Assembly (NCBI GenBank): GCA_965267575.1
Contig: OZ254086.1
Location: 2,976,001 to 3,040,000 of the forward strand
DNA length: 64,000 nucleotides
Source: Calditrichales bacterium
GTDB taxonomy: Bacteria; Calditrichota; Calditrichia; Calditrichales; J004
Direction: 5' to 3'
The notes below the pieces were generated by a model, which was not told the DNA's origin, searched no databases, and was given only the letters and a program-made list of their open reading frames with translations. Every line of letters starts with the position of its first letter. Positions within the stretch are counted from its first letter, which is position 1. This document shows, piece after piece, positions 10,101 to 19,191 of the stretch. Made by a program: the position numbers and the translations under genes.

Positions 10101-10198
10101 CGGTAAAAAAGGCCGGCATCCGGGAAATGCTGCTAAAGCCATTCAGTATTGCCCAACTGGCGGGCATATTGAGAAGTGCCCTGGAAAAACCCGCTTAG
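7109..10198 (+). CDS. Multi-PAS hybrid sensor histidine kinase/response regulator
   Basis: Five PAS/PAC repeats each ending DIT(E/D)R or DTTER; HisKA IAHDFNNIL; HATPase with FEPFFTTK and GTGLGL; C-terminal receiver (IDDE, DQTMP, KP). No TM seen. Confidence 0.92.
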   Translation: MSDKASSKPAGSGSKTNTFPTLNAEDSGNLRFRSLVEQSITGVYIIQDGVFKYVNPKLGEIFGYPAQELSDDFPVKDLVYEPDRETVRENIRKRVDGEEKSIRYSFRGQRSDGSVIYVEVHGSRSLHNGRPAVIGTLLDITDRIESEQALRQSEERYRNLVDNASDGIFISDKDGNFQSVNPAGCEMLGYTNRELMDLNIRDVIEPGDLKKTPIRIPELHAGNKVVIQRKIQRMDGTVLDVEISGKMLPNGQLQGIVRDITERKRAEDALRAEKELSDSIIDSIPGAFYLLNDHARFVRWNRSMEKLVGYTPEEIEQLSPLDLFYGEDKEKIAASISTVLREGEATVEANLVTKDGYEIPFLLNGRRILINDRPFLIGVGIDITERKKAEDEMLREKAFSDMTIDSIPGMFYLLDEKGNFKRWNKNMTEQTGYSDTEMGSLNALDFFEGKDRELIAERIRDVFEQGHTIVEAEMVYKDGRKVPHLFTGRRVIVNGKQKLLGVGIDTTERNRAVQALRESKERFRRLVESTHAVTWESEPQRRKFSYVGPQAVEMLEYDLKDWYEDYFWQKHIHPDDRERVIKEFDAKTAQSDEFEIQYRFTSKSGKSVWLQDIVSIIRRSGEALRMQGFLVDITERKQAEHEREELESQLRHSQKLETIGTLAGGIAHDFNNILGPIFGYTELALQDLDDKKRVREELAQVLKAAERARDLTGQILLFSRQGEEERKPLRMQLIIKEVIKFLKASFPATIRLKYRIDNNCKPIMANATQIHQVLTNLCTNAYHAMRDKGGELSLKLEMETWSEEMSRSMPRLEKATEYVKLTVSDSGHGISPHIVERIFEPFFTTKAVGEGTGLGLSVVHGIVTKHGGDISVRSKKGEGTDFYVYLPALESGGDMAVDEKASLPVGNETIMCIDDEKEIVNMEKITLERLGYKVLAYSSSARALADFKKEPHMADLVLTDQTMPELTGMQIAGEMLKINPDLPIVLLTGFSESVTEEAVKKAGIREMLLKPFSIAQLAGILRSALEKPA

Positions 10199-10629
10199 CT
10201 TTCGCAATATACTTTCACCGCATCCATATCCTTCGCAATAGCTTTGCGGATCATGCTGCTCATCAGCTTGTTCATTACTTTGGCGAGAAACGAATGGGGC
10301 CGGGCTTCCATGGTCATCGTCAATTTTGTATTGTTGTTGGATTTTTCTACGCTGAACAGGGTATCCCACACGGTGCCGTGGCTATCGGCAACAAGCCTTA
10401 TGTGCCTGTTTTTTTCGTACTCTTTTACTTCCAGCTCAGTGCTAGCCTCGCGGCCTTTCATAAGTCTTTTCTCGCGAAAACGCGTACCCTTTCCACTTTT
10501 TTGATCACTCAGAAACTCAACATCCACAATATCGGGTATTGCCCTGGAAAAATTTTCAATATGGGCCACCGTTTGAAAAACCTTTTCAATGGGGGCATTT
10601 ATATTGCGGGTGATTGTTATTTTGCCCAT
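10195..10629 (-). CDS. SRPBCC (polyketide cyclase/START-like) family protein
   Basis: ITRNINAPIEKVFQ N-terminus, GTRFRE motif, C-terminal helix; 144 aa. Confidence 0.8.
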   Translation of the reverse strand: MGKITITRNINAPIEKVFQTVAHIENFSRAIPDIVDVEFLSDQKSGKGTRFREKRLMKGREASTELEVKEYEKNRHIRLVADSHGTVWDTLFSVEKSNNNTKLTMTMEARPHSFLAKVMNKLMSSMIRKAIAKDMDAVKVYCES

Positions 10630-10651
10630 GGAAGTTTTCTCCTTTGGGTAT

Positions 10652-11506
10652 TCATCGTTGCATCAATTTAATAACACGATCCGGATAATCGGTTTCGATG
10701 CCGTCCACACCCAGCTCCAGAACGGCCTTTATGTCTTTGTGCTCGTGCACATGCCAGGCAATCAGCCGGATGCCTTTCTTCTGCACCTTTTCCACAAACG
10801 ATTTTGTAAGGAACCAGCGGTGCGCTTGGTAAAATGCGGCCTCTGACGGATTCTCTTCCAGGATATCCGTAAACGAAGGCGAGGTACCAATGGTGAAATT
10901 GAGCCACGAAGCGTGCAGGACAAAGACATAAAGACGCTCTATTTCCGGAGCAAGTTTGCGGCACAGCTCCAGTTGGTTCGTGTTGAAGGATTTAAGAACA
11001 ACCTGCTCGCCCACGCCGCGGTCGCGGACAATTTTTATGATACTTTCAACAAAGCCGGGGTACTTGTCCTCATCACCTTTCAGTTCAATAATCAGCTTTG
11101 TGCTTTCAGGTAATATGTCGATTGCTTCATCAAGCGTTGGAATTTGCGTGCCGGAAAAGGAGCTGTCATACCACGATCCGGCATCCAGCGCTTTCAACTC
11201 TTCCAGGGTCATTTCCACGACCTTGCCGGAACCGTCTGTCGTGCGGTCTACGCTGTAATCGTGAATAACAACCACTTCCTTGTCTTTACTCTGATGAACA
11301 TCAATCTCAATATAATTTGCGCCCAGCCCGATGGCCTTTTCTATGGAGGGAATTGTGTTCTCCGGGGCGTATCCGGCGGCACCCCGGTGGGCGATTACAA
11401 TAAAATCATCGTGCCTGTCTTCGGAAGACAATTCGCTGTCTGATGAAAGCGCCGGGTTTAAAGGCAGCAGAAAAATCAGGCATACAAGCGAGGAAAGTGA
11501 TCTCAT
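10652..11506 (-). CDS. Glycerophosphodiester phosphodiesterase (exported)
   Basis: IAHRGA...PENT, IEIDV, HD..VDRTT, IELK, GVDGIETDYP; signal peptide. Confidence 0.9.
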   Translation of the reverse strand: MRSLSSLVCLIFLLPLNPALSSDSELSSEDRHDDFIVIAHRGAAGYAPENTIPSIEKAIGLGANYIEIDVHQSKDKEVVVIHDYSVDRTTDGSGKVVEMTLEELKALDAGSWYDSSFSGTQIPTLDEAIDILPESTKLIIELKGDEDKYPGFVESIIKIVRDRGVGEQVVLKSFNTNQLELCRKLAPEIERLYVFVLHASWLNFTIGTSPSFTDILEENPSEAAFYQAHRWFLTKSFVEKVQKKGIRLIAWHVHEHKDIKAVLELGVDGIETDYPDRVIKLMQR

Positions 11507-11946
11507 TTGCGCGCGGCTTTACGGCACTTTTTTGGTGCCAGAATGTCTTTTTTGCGGCTTTTGGGGTCGGCCGCGGGTTTGCCAAAAAATTTCAGCGCCA
11601 GGTAGACCCATGTAGCCCGCAATGGCATCATACTGTCCGAATCGCACATGGCGCGAATAATACGATCGGCCTTGTCGCGGTTTTTTTCGTTAAACTCCAG
11701 TGCTCCGATACGCATGAGCTGGTAAAGCGCGTCATGCACAAGGGAGCCGCGCATGATCGTATGCGTGTCAATGGCCGGTCCTGACGCGCCATCCCAGGCG
11801 TAGCCTTCCTTTATGGTCAGCACGCCCTCGGGATTAAGCTGGACGTACTTGTTGCCCACCACCTTGTTCGGTTTAAAATCTATTGTGGTACTGTAGTCGG
11901 CAGAGAGCTGGTACTTATAGCCCTTTTTATATGTAATGCATTCCAT
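11503..11946 (-). CDS. DUF1353-like protein
   Basis: GYAWDGASGP...SLVHDALYQ...RDKAD motif; start set to ATG 11946 after a GGAGGAGG RBS. Confidence 0.65.
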   Translation of the reverse strand: MECITYKKGYKYQLSADYSTTIDFKPNKVVGNKYVQLNPEGVLTIKEGYAWDGASGPAIDTHTIMRGSLVHDALYQLMRIGALEFNEKNRDKADRIIRAMCDSDSMMPLRATWVYLALKFFGKPAADPKSRKKDILAPKKCRKAARK

Positions 11947-12036
11947 TAACACCTCCTCCGTGAAGGTACGTTGATGCGCAATATTAATGCATCATCCGGG
12001 TTTGTGCATAATTTTTATTATCGATAGGGCAAAAAG

Positions 12037-13464
12037 CTACCGGCGGTTTGCGATTTTTTTCAGCATGCCGTGAAAAATAAGGTGGTGAAAGGGCAGGACG
12101 GCGTACCAGTATAAGCGGCCGGAAAGCCCGTTGGGACGGAATGTGGCGGTTTGGCGCAATACGCCGTTGGCAAGCCTGAACTCCAGCCAGGCCTCGCCCG
12201 GCAGTTTCATCTCGGCGTAGAGCAGTAAGCGCCCTTCCTCGCGATTGGCGTAAAGCACGCGCCAAAAGTCGAGCGCATCGCCGGCGTGCAGCGTTTTTTG
12301 GTTGGTGCGTCCGCGGCGCAACCCGACACCGCCGGCCAGTTTATCCAGAACGCCGCGGATTTCCCACAAAAGGTTCATATGATACCAGCCCGTGTCTCCG
12401 CCGATATTCCAGATATTGTTGAGCACATCCCCATCGGATCCGCCGGCCTGCATCTCGCGGCTGTCCACAAAGCAGCCGTGAGTGGGCGCGTTGATATATT
12501 CACCGGGCGTTTTCTCCAAAACCCCGCTCACCCAGGCATCTTTCCAGCTGGAAATAACGGCGTTGTCTTCGATGCGGGCAAAGGCACGGCGCAAAGATGT
12601 TTCGTAATCCGAGCAGGTGTAAGGGATGATGTCGCGGATGCGCGTTTCGGAACAAACCGCTTCGTTTTTTAGGCTGTCCACCAGGTGCCGCGCCAGCGAA
12701 AAGCTGGTGGAGGTTACAAAATAAAGCCAGTATGAACTCAACCGCGGCGTAAGCACAGGCACCAGGATGATATAGCGCCTCAGGCCGCGCACTTTGGCCA
12801 GGCCAAGCAGCATCTCGCGGTAGGTCAGAACATCCGGGCCGCCAATATCAAAGGACTGATCATAACAATCAGGATTATTTATTACCTTTGTTAAATAAAA
12901 GATTACATCGCGTACGGCGATAGGCTGGCAGCGGTTATTGACCCATTTTGGCGCGACCATTAGCGGCAGCTTTTCAACGAGGTCACGTATGATCTCGAAT
13001 GAGGCACTCCCCGAACCGATGATGATGGCTGCGCGCAATACCGTAACCGGCACGGAACCGTCACGTAGGATTTTCTCAACATTGTAACGGGATTGCAGGT
13101 GCGGCGAAAGCTGTTGATCATTAACCAGACCCGAAAGATAGATGATTTGCCTGCATTTGCCGGTGGACGCCCAGCGGGTAAAATTTTCCGCGGCGCGCGC
13201 TTCCATCTGTTCAAATTGCTGAGAGCTGTGGCTCATAGAGTGCACCAGGTAATAAGCCACATCGATGTTTAAAGGGAGTCCGTTCAGGCTTTCGGCGTCC
13301 AGCACGTCGGCCTGAACAACAGTTGTATTCTCACGAAGGTTTTCCGGGAGGTCAAAGCGTAGCGGGTTGCGGACTACGCAGGTAACATGATGTCCGGCCT
13401 GTACCAAAACTGGCAATAAGCGTCGTCCAATATAACCGGTTGCTCCGGTGAGCAGGATATTCAT
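12037..13464 (-). CDS. YbjT-like NAD(P)-binding SDR oxidoreductase with C-terminal DUF2867
   Basis: ILLTGATGYIG Rossmann motif; YYLVHSM; GSGSASFE; C-terminal LDFWRV...AEMKLPGEAWLEF. Confidence 0.88.
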   Translation of the reverse strand: MNILLTGATGYIGRRLLPVLVQAGHHVTCVVRNPLRFDLPENLRENTTVVQADVLDAESLNGLPLNIDVAYYLVHSMSHSSQQFEQMEARAAENFTRWASTGKCRQIIYLSGLVNDQQLSPHLQSRYNVEKILRDGSVPVTVLRAAIIIGSGSASFEIIRDLVEKLPLMVAPKWVNNRCQPIAVRDVIFYLTKVINNPDCYDQSFDIGGPDVLTYREMLLGLAKVRGLRRYIILVPVLTPRLSSYWLYFVTSTSFSLARHLVDSLKNEAVCSETRIRDIIPYTCSDYETSLRRAFARIEDNAVISSWKDAWVSGVLEKTPGEYINAPTHGCFVDSREMQAGGSDGDVLNNIWNIGGDTGWYHMNLLWEIRGVLDKLAGGVGLRRGRTNQKTLHAGDALDFWRVLYANREEGRLLLYAEMKLPGEAWLEFRLANGVLRQTATFRPNGLSGRLYWYAVLPFHHLIFHGMLKKIANRR

Positions 13465-13528
13465 GTAGGATTTTAACGTTCATTAGTTTTGTTTCATTCG
13501 GATAATACAAAAAAAACAATTCCTTATC

Positions 13529-14086
13529 CTACTGAGAAAACGCTTTGATGTCGTTTAATATAGCATCTTTGCATGTATCGCATATTCCGTGCGAGATATA
13601 TGGGTCATTCAGGCCGGAAAAATCGTCCACTTGTTCCAATGCCAATTCTATCTCAAGCCATTTTCCTGACATGTTTTTTACACCCTTGCAATAACTGCAC
13701 ATGTGAATGGTATTTTTTCGGTCTATTTTTTTAGGGGCATATAGATAGTGTTCATGGTATGGCTTTACATCAAGAAGTTCGGACGTGAAACAGATGCCGC
13801 CGCTTTCTGAGGCTGAAATACGCATCCTCATGTCCCTTTTCATGGCAGGGGAATCGCAGCGGAAATTATAGGAATACTCCTCGCCGCTTTGGCGCACCCT
13901 GTTCACAATCAGCTTTTGCAAAAAAAGCACGTCTTTACCTGTGACGTAATCCCAGATTTGTTTACCATACAACGTCCCGCTATTCAGCTCGGGACGGCCG
14001 TTATCGGCGGCAAAGTCGATAAAAGAGTCATTTATGTATTGAAACCTGTCATCAGAATCTATCTGATATATATAGAGTGTTTTCAT
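13529..14086 (-). CDS. PAS-like domain protein with C-terminal Cys/His cluster
   Basis: YQIDSDDRFQYINDSF PAS-like start; FRCDSP; MCSYCK...ISHGICDTC; start set to ATG 14086. Confidence 0.65.
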   Translation of the reverse strand: MKTLYIYQIDSDDRFQYINDSFIDFAADNGRPELNSGTLYGKQIWDYVTGKDVLFLQKLIVNRVRQSGEEYSYNFRCDSPAMKRDMRMRISASESGGICFTSELLDVKPYHEHYLYAPKKIDRKNTIHMCSYCKGVKNMSGKWLEIELALEQVDDFSGLNDPYISHGICDTCKDAILNDIKAFSQ

Positions 14087-14229
14087 CGTATAACTTCCTA
14101 AAAGTGTTTGCACTTAATATAATGAGAATCAACGTCCGTGTTTGTAGGATTTTTAATACACTTTAAGGAAATATTTCCCGGCAGGAACTGGAAAAATTAG
14201 AGTGGGGGTAAGTATGGCAGAAAAAATAA

Positions 14230-14258
14230 AAGCGGCGGCCCCATGTTGCCACCGCTTT
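14230..14258 (-). terminator. Probable terminator after the lipoprotein gene
   Basis: Imperfect hairpin AAGCGGCGGC...GCCACCGCTT flanked by an A-run (T-run on the minus strand). Confidence 0.5.
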
Positions 14259-14310
14259 CAAAATTATCCAAAAAAAATCACTCCGTTCGCAAAAGCCGGA
14301 TTACGCCGTA

Positions 14311-14910
14311 CTAGCGGTCGCGAATCTGGTCCAGATGCTCCCGGCTTTTTTCCACGGCCAGGATCGACGCGTCGGCGACGTTAAGCCCTTTACCGATCAT
14401 CGCACCACTGAGGTTAAAGGTTGCTGAGACGGTGGCTTTTACGGGCGTATTATTTTGGAATCCTTCAAACTCACCCTGGAAGCTGCCTTTGAAAGAACCC
14501 GTATTCAATGCCGTTAAAGTAAAAGTTCCGCTGTCGCTTATCAGCAAAATCTCATCATTGTTGATGGTGCCCAGAATTGTCCCGGGAACGGTGGCGCCGC
14601 TGTCCACAAAGGTAAGACCGCCGTTGTTTTTATTGGTCAGACCTACAAAGGCAATTCCCAGGCCCTCATCGTAAAGCGTGATATAATGATTCATGTCCGG
14701 TTGTGTGATGGCGGTGGCTGTTAAAGTGTCACTGTCTGCCGTACGGGTGTATCCGCCGGAATATTGAATATCAATAGAGCCGATGTAGAGTTGAGCCAGC
14801 TGGCCATCGGTTATGCCGCCGTTACCGCCATTATTGTTGGAACTGCTGGAATCCTCGCTGCAGGAAAAGAGAAAGACCAGCGCTGCCAAAGAAAAAATAT
14901 ATTTATTCAT
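14311..14910 (-). CDS. Hypothetical lipoprotein
   Basis: Lipobox-like FLFSC followed by an S/N/G linker and a beta-rich domain; GAGG RBS. Confidence 0.75.
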   Translation of the reverse strand: MNKYIFSLAALVFLFSCSEDSSSSNNNGGNGGITDGQLAQLYIGSIDIQYSGGYTRTADSDTLTATAITQPDMNHYITLYDEGLGIAFVGLTNKNNGGLTFVDSGATVPGTILGTINNDEILLISDSGTFTLTALNTGSFKGSFQGEFEGFQNNTPVKATVSATFNLSGAMIGKGLNVADASILAVEKSREHLDQIRDR

Positions 14911-15055
14911 GGATAGGACCTCAGGTTGGTTGTTGAAAGACTTTGAATTTCGCTTGTTACCATCCCTAAAGCAATAATTATTTGGACATATTTTCCCCTT
15001 GAATGTGAATACTTATTTGGTACATTTGTCGATACCACTAACTCAGGAGGGTAGA

Positions 15056-15544
15056 ATGAAGAAGCTTTTATTGATTGTTTTTATTGCACTTATTGTCATT
15101 AGTCTGGAATCTTGTACGCTGGCTAAGATCAGTGGCCGTGGCAATACGCCGCTGGTATTGAATAACCTGCCCACGCAAGTGGAAATGGTTGATCACTTTA
15201 AAGTGGACAAGATGAAGACGTTTGATTACACCGGTGCAACGGACGTTTCTGAAGTACTTACGGAAAAGCTGGACAAGAAAGGCGACGCCATAACAAATTT
15301 GACGATCGTAATTAAGACAGATCCTGCTACGTTTTTTGTAAACCTTTTTACGCTGGGCCTGGCTAATGCCTATATCGTTGAGGTGGAAGGTGACCTGGTT
15401 AACCTGCCCCAAGGTTTTGGCAGTCTGAAAGAAAGCGGCGCCTATAACCTGAGCCAGATTTCAGAAAATGAAATCATCCATGGCGATTCTGAAACGCTGT
15501 ATATTTTTGAAAACAACAAGCTTTTCAGAGTAAACAACAATTAA
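15056..15544 (+). CDS. Hypothetical lipoprotein
   Basis: AGGAGGG RBS, MKKLLLIV...LESC signal; contains an FFVNLFTLGL amphipathic segment. Confidence 0.7.
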   Translation: MKKLLLIVFIALIVISLESCTLAKISGRGNTPLVLNNLPTQVEMVDHFKVDKMKTFDYTGATDVSEVLTEKLDKKGDAITNLTIVIKTDPATFFVNLFTLGLANAYIVEVEGDLVNLPQGFGSLKESGAYNLSQISENEIIHGDSETLYIFENNKLFRVNNN

Positions 15545-15553
15545 AGTTGTTAC

Positions 15554-15580
15554 AGGGCGTCCCGCGGGGCGCCCTTTTTT
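15554..15580 (+). terminator. Rho-independent terminator (possibly bidirectional)
   Basis: AGGGCG-TCCCGCGGGG-CGCCCT followed by TTTTT, between convergent genes. Confidence 0.7.
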
Positions 15581-15591
15581 ATTTGATGTGC

Positions 15592-18147
15592 CTAAAAGGA
15601 TAATCTCAAAAATATATTTGGCGTAAAGCCATCCTGAAAAACATTTTTGCTTTTCAATTCTCCATCCGATACTTCAAAGCTTTTGTACCAGATGCTCTTC
15701 CTGTCAAGCAGGTTATAAAAACTGCTTCCTATGGCGATTTTGTAAAAACCTGCCTGAAAATTATAATCGATGCTCGCATCCAGCCGCTGTGTGGCAGCAA
15801 GTTGTTGGCCGCCTCTCTCAATGGGCGAGGTCAGTATAAAACTGTCAGAAGTCTTACTGAGCTGCGGGATGGAGTAGTACCTTCCTGCGGCCCATTGCCA
15901 GGCTGCTGAGAAACGCCAGTCTTTTAAACTGTAGGTGGAGACCAGCTTAAGCGTCTGCGGAGACAGACCGGGCAAATTATAATTACCGGTGTTAGATTGT
16001 ACCTCTGCGTCATTATAGCTGTAATTGAGCCAGGCGCTAAATCTCCCAAAGTCCCTGCGCAACATCAGGTCCAGCCCGGAGACAGTTTGGCTGCTCTGCT
16101 CAAGCCGCGAAATAACTGCCGGTGATTGCAACGTATCTATTGTATTGATCTGCTCAATCAGCCCGTCCGCATCTTTACTGAAAATCTCCAGGTCAACATC
16201 CAGCAAACCTGTTTCCCAGGTAAAACCGGCCATGACATTATCCGAAGAAGATGGCTTCAGCACGCCGCCATCGCTGACAAGCCAGCTCAACTGGCCGACA
16301 TAATTGGGAAACTCAAATCCAAAGCTGTTCACAAACTGATGATATCGGCCAAAGGCACCTTTTAGCGAAAAAGCATCGTTGACCATAAAGGCCAGCGACA
16401 AACGCGGTGAGTAATACCACTGCTCTGTGAGGTCAAAGTGTGTTGCCCGCAAGGAAGGTGTCAGCCTTAATCGTTTGTTTATGTCCCAGCGGTCTTCTAT
16501 AAAAACAGCATTGGTAATGCCTTCGATGCCATGCCGTAAAATATCCTCGTATTGCGGGTGCCACTCGTTAAAATCCGTTTCAACCTGGCCGCGGTCAAAA
16601 CCGGCACTCAGCAGATGTCCGTTCCAGCCGCTATACTCTGTACTTATAAATAGCCGGCGTTCATCAAGCCGGTTATTAATGCGCACAGCCTGGGGCAGGG
16701 CAGCCTGAAAAGCATCATTTTTGTCCGTGGTCTGACCGATGCTGTACCGTGAGTAGGACAACATTATTTTGCTTTGCCAGGAGCGATTCCAGACCCGGTA
16801 CCAGTTGGCGCTAAGGCCCTCGGTAGTCCACTGCCAGAGACGCGAACCAAGACCATTGAGCGCCGTGCTGTTGTCTTCAATACGGTCTTCCGTTTTGAGC
16901 AATGTGAAATAGAGCAGATCGCTTTTACCCGCCAGCACGCTCAGCTTGGAATAGAGATCGTAAAAGCGGATATCGGGATTGGACTGTGCTGTTTCGTCCG
17001 ACGGCGACAGGGTTTGCACGAAGTTGTCCATAAAGGGCGGGGCCTGGTTAATCCTGTTGAAGCGCCGTGCCGGTACTTCATTATCAAGGGAATGGCGCCC
17101 GCTTACAATCATGCTGCCCCAATCGGAAATGGGCATCTGCAGCATGCCCTGCGTCGCCATAAGGTTGGCCTCTACATCCACGGATGCCGTGTTGAAGTTG
17201 CCCGTTTTCCCACTCATCTCCACAACCGCCGAAGTGCGCCCGCCAAAGCGCGCCGGAAAAGCGTTCTTGTGGATGCGGATATCTTTTACAACAGATGTAG
17301 GAATGGTGCTTAGAACACCAAAAGCATGATCGGTGTGGTACAGCGCAATGCCGTCCAGGGTGATCAGGTTTTCCGAGGGCAGCCCGCCGCGGATGTTAAG
17401 CGCTGTTGTGGCGTTGGCCGTGCTGCTGACGCCGGGCATAAAATGCAGGGCATGCAGGGCGTCGCTGCCGCTGAACATGGGCAATTGCCGGAACAGCCCT
17501 GTTGAGAGGGCAAGCCCGCTTCCACGGGCATCAAACTGAATTGGCGGGGAGCTGTTTTCCTTAACCGTTACGGATTCCGTTTGCAGCACCCGCGGGGAAA
17601 GGCGGATCAACAGGTTTGGCGTGAGATTGCTGCTTTGCAGTGCAATGGTACGTGCCGCATAGCCCATATAGTCCGCGGAAAGAGCAGTAACATCAGCGGG
17701 TACCTGCGCCAGCCGGAAACGCCCGTCGCTATTAGAGGTTGTGCCCAGGCCGGTACCGGGGATATAAATGTTGGCGTAGGGCAGAGTTTCGCCGGTCTCG
17801 GCATCCAGCACCCAGCCGTAAACATCTATATTGCGCCGCTCTTTTTTATATAAAACAATCTGCGATTCGCCTTCGCGGGCAAATGAAATAGCCCTGTCCT
17901 TTAAAAGCACGCTAAGCGCTTCTTCGATTGTTGCCTCTTCAATAGACGCCGTAACGGTCTGCCCCTGCAGCAGGTCATCGGCATAAAGAATATCGATGCG
18001 GTACAGTTGGCTTAGACGCGCAAGCGCATCGCCCAAGGCTACATTTTCCAGGCTGAGACCGGCGCTTTCCGGCTGGCGCGCAAACTGCGCCTGAGCCACT
18101 GAGGCAATCGTTACAAACAAAAAAGATATGATTAGAAATCGTCTCAT
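15592..18147 (-). CDS. TonB-dependent receptor/transducer (STN, carboxypeptidase-regulatory-like, plug and barrel domains)
   Basis: N-terminal STN (LSLENVALGDAL...), GWVLDAETGETLPYANI, plug NIRGG...LDG, FPARFGGRTS, terminal Phe. Confidence 0.88.
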   Translation of the reverse strand: MRRFLIISFLFVTIASVAQAQFARQPESAGLSLENVALGDALARLSQLYRIDILYADDLLQGQTVTASIEEATIEEALSVLLKDRAISFAREGESQIVLYKKERRNIDVYGWVLDAETGETLPYANIYIPGTGLGTTSNSDGRFRLAQVPADVTALSADYMGYAARTIALQSSNLTPNLLIRLSPRVLQTESVTVKENSSPPIQFDARGSGLALSTGLFRQLPMFSGSDALHALHFMPGVSSTANATTALNIRGGLPSENLITLDGIALYHTDHAFGVLSTIPTSVVKDIRIHKNAFPARFGGRTSAVVEMSGKTGNFNTASVDVEANLMATQGMLQMPISDWGSMIVSGRHSLDNEVPARRFNRINQAPPFMDNFVQTLSPSDETAQSNPDIRFYDLYSKLSVLAGKSDLLYFTLLKTEDRIEDNSTALNGLGSRLWQWTTEGLSANWYRVWNRSWQSKIMLSYSRYSIGQTTDKNDAFQAALPQAVRINNRLDERRLFISTEYSGWNGHLLSAGFDRGQVETDFNEWHPQYEDILRHGIEGITNAVFIEDRWDINKRLRLTPSLRATHFDLTEQWYYSPRLSLAFMVNDAFSLKGAFGRYHQFVNSFGFEFPNYVGQLSWLVSDGGVLKPSSSDNVMAGFTWETGLLDVDLEIFSKDADGLIEQINTIDTLQSPAVISRLEQSSQTVSGLDLMLRRDFGRFSAWLNYSYNDAEVQSNTGNYNLPGLSPQTLKLVSTYSLKDWRFSAAWQWAAGRYYSIPQLSKTSDSFILTSPIERGGQQLAATQRLDASIDYNFQAGFYKIAIGSSFYNLLDRKSIWYKSFEVSDGELKSKNVFQDGFTPNIFLRLSF

Positions 18148-19136
18148 TAGTCTCGGCTGATGATGTAATGATCATTTTGTTTGGCATATTGCAGATTAAG
18201 GGCAAGACAGAATGATTCAAGCGTTGCGTCGATCGACTTGTAGGCGTAGGAGCCGGACATGGTAAGTGAGCGCAGCTCGTTTCCGGCAATATCAATCTTA
18301 ACGCCGTAGCGTCTTTCCAATTCATCCACGGCTTCGTCGAGCGGCGTTTTGTGAAACACAAAGCGGTCATCGAGCCAGCCGATCAGATAGCCGGCGTCGA
18401 CCTGTTCCTCCAGAATGCCTCTGTCTCCCGCAGCAGCGATGCCTCTTTCGTTTACTGTAAGTTCTACTGAATCACGGCCGGCCACATCCTTCAGGCGGAC
18501 GATACCTTCACGCACAATAACTTCCGTACGCTGGTAACGGCTGTTCACGTCAAACTCCGTCCCGACAACAGTCACCGTGCCGTGGTCCGTTTCCACCAGA
18601 AAGACAAGCCCGTTATTTTGCACCTTAAAGAAAGCCTGTCCCTGCAGAAAAACGCGGCGATCGCTTTCTCCGTAAGTTTCGGCCAGACGCAGCCTGCTGT
18701 CGGCATTCATCCGCACAACACTGCCATCAGGTAATTTCACTGTTTTGGTTTCTGCCACGGTCGTTGCGAACTCAGATGGCGCGGAGAAGGGCTGTTGCAG
18801 AAAGACGTAGCCGGCAACCGCCAGCAAAACCGCTGCCGCTGCAACCCACACAGGACGCATAAAGCTGTGGCTTTTAGCTTCTCCGCCAAGGGTGTGCACG
18901 TTACCCGGACGAGTGTTTCCGGCCATTTCTTTTTCCAGCCGGCTCCAGACGATTTCTTTGTCCGGAATATTTTCAGGCTCAGCGCCTTTTATACGCTCAA
19001 GCAAGCGGAGATACTTTTCATAAAGTGCTTTATGAGCCGGATCATCATCAAGCCAGGCTTCAAATTCAGCACGAACGGTAGCATCGTCCGGAGCACTGAG
19101 GTATTTTTCGATAATATGTATTTCCATTCTACCCAT
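18147..19136 (-). CDS. fecR: FecR family anti-sigma factor
   Basis: EAWL...H N-terminus, TM helix, LPDGSVVRMNADS, GQAFF, VVGTEF, C-terminal FHKTPLDEAVDELERRYGV. Confidence 0.9.
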   Translation of the reverse strand: MGRMEIHIIEKYLSAPDDATVRAEFEAWLDDDPAHKALYEKYLRLLERIKGAEPENIPDKEIVWSRLEKEMAGNTRPGNVHTLGGEAKSHSFMRPVWVAAAAVLLAVAGYVFLQQPFSAPSEFATTVAETKTVKLPDGSVVRMNADSRLRLAETYGESDRRVFLQGQAFFKVQNNGLVFLVETDHGTVTVVGTEFDVNSRYQRTEVIVREGIVRLKDVAGRDSVELTVNERGIAAAGDRGILEEQVDAGYLIGWLDDRFVFHKTPLDEAVDELERRYGVKIDIAGNELRSLTMSGSYAYKSIDATLESFCLALNLQYAKQNDHYIISRD

Positions 19137-19163
19137 TAAACAATCTTATTTTTTCACCCATTT

Positions 19164-19190
19164 ATACGCACTTACCCGCAAAAACCCCAC
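19164..19190 (-). promoter_or_regulatory. Putative ECF-sigma promoter for fecR and the TonB receptor
   Basis: Minus strand GTGGGGTTT-N10-GTGCGTAT directly after the sigma stop codon; near-identical motif at 19826-19853. Confidence 0.5.
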
Positions 19191-19191
19191 C

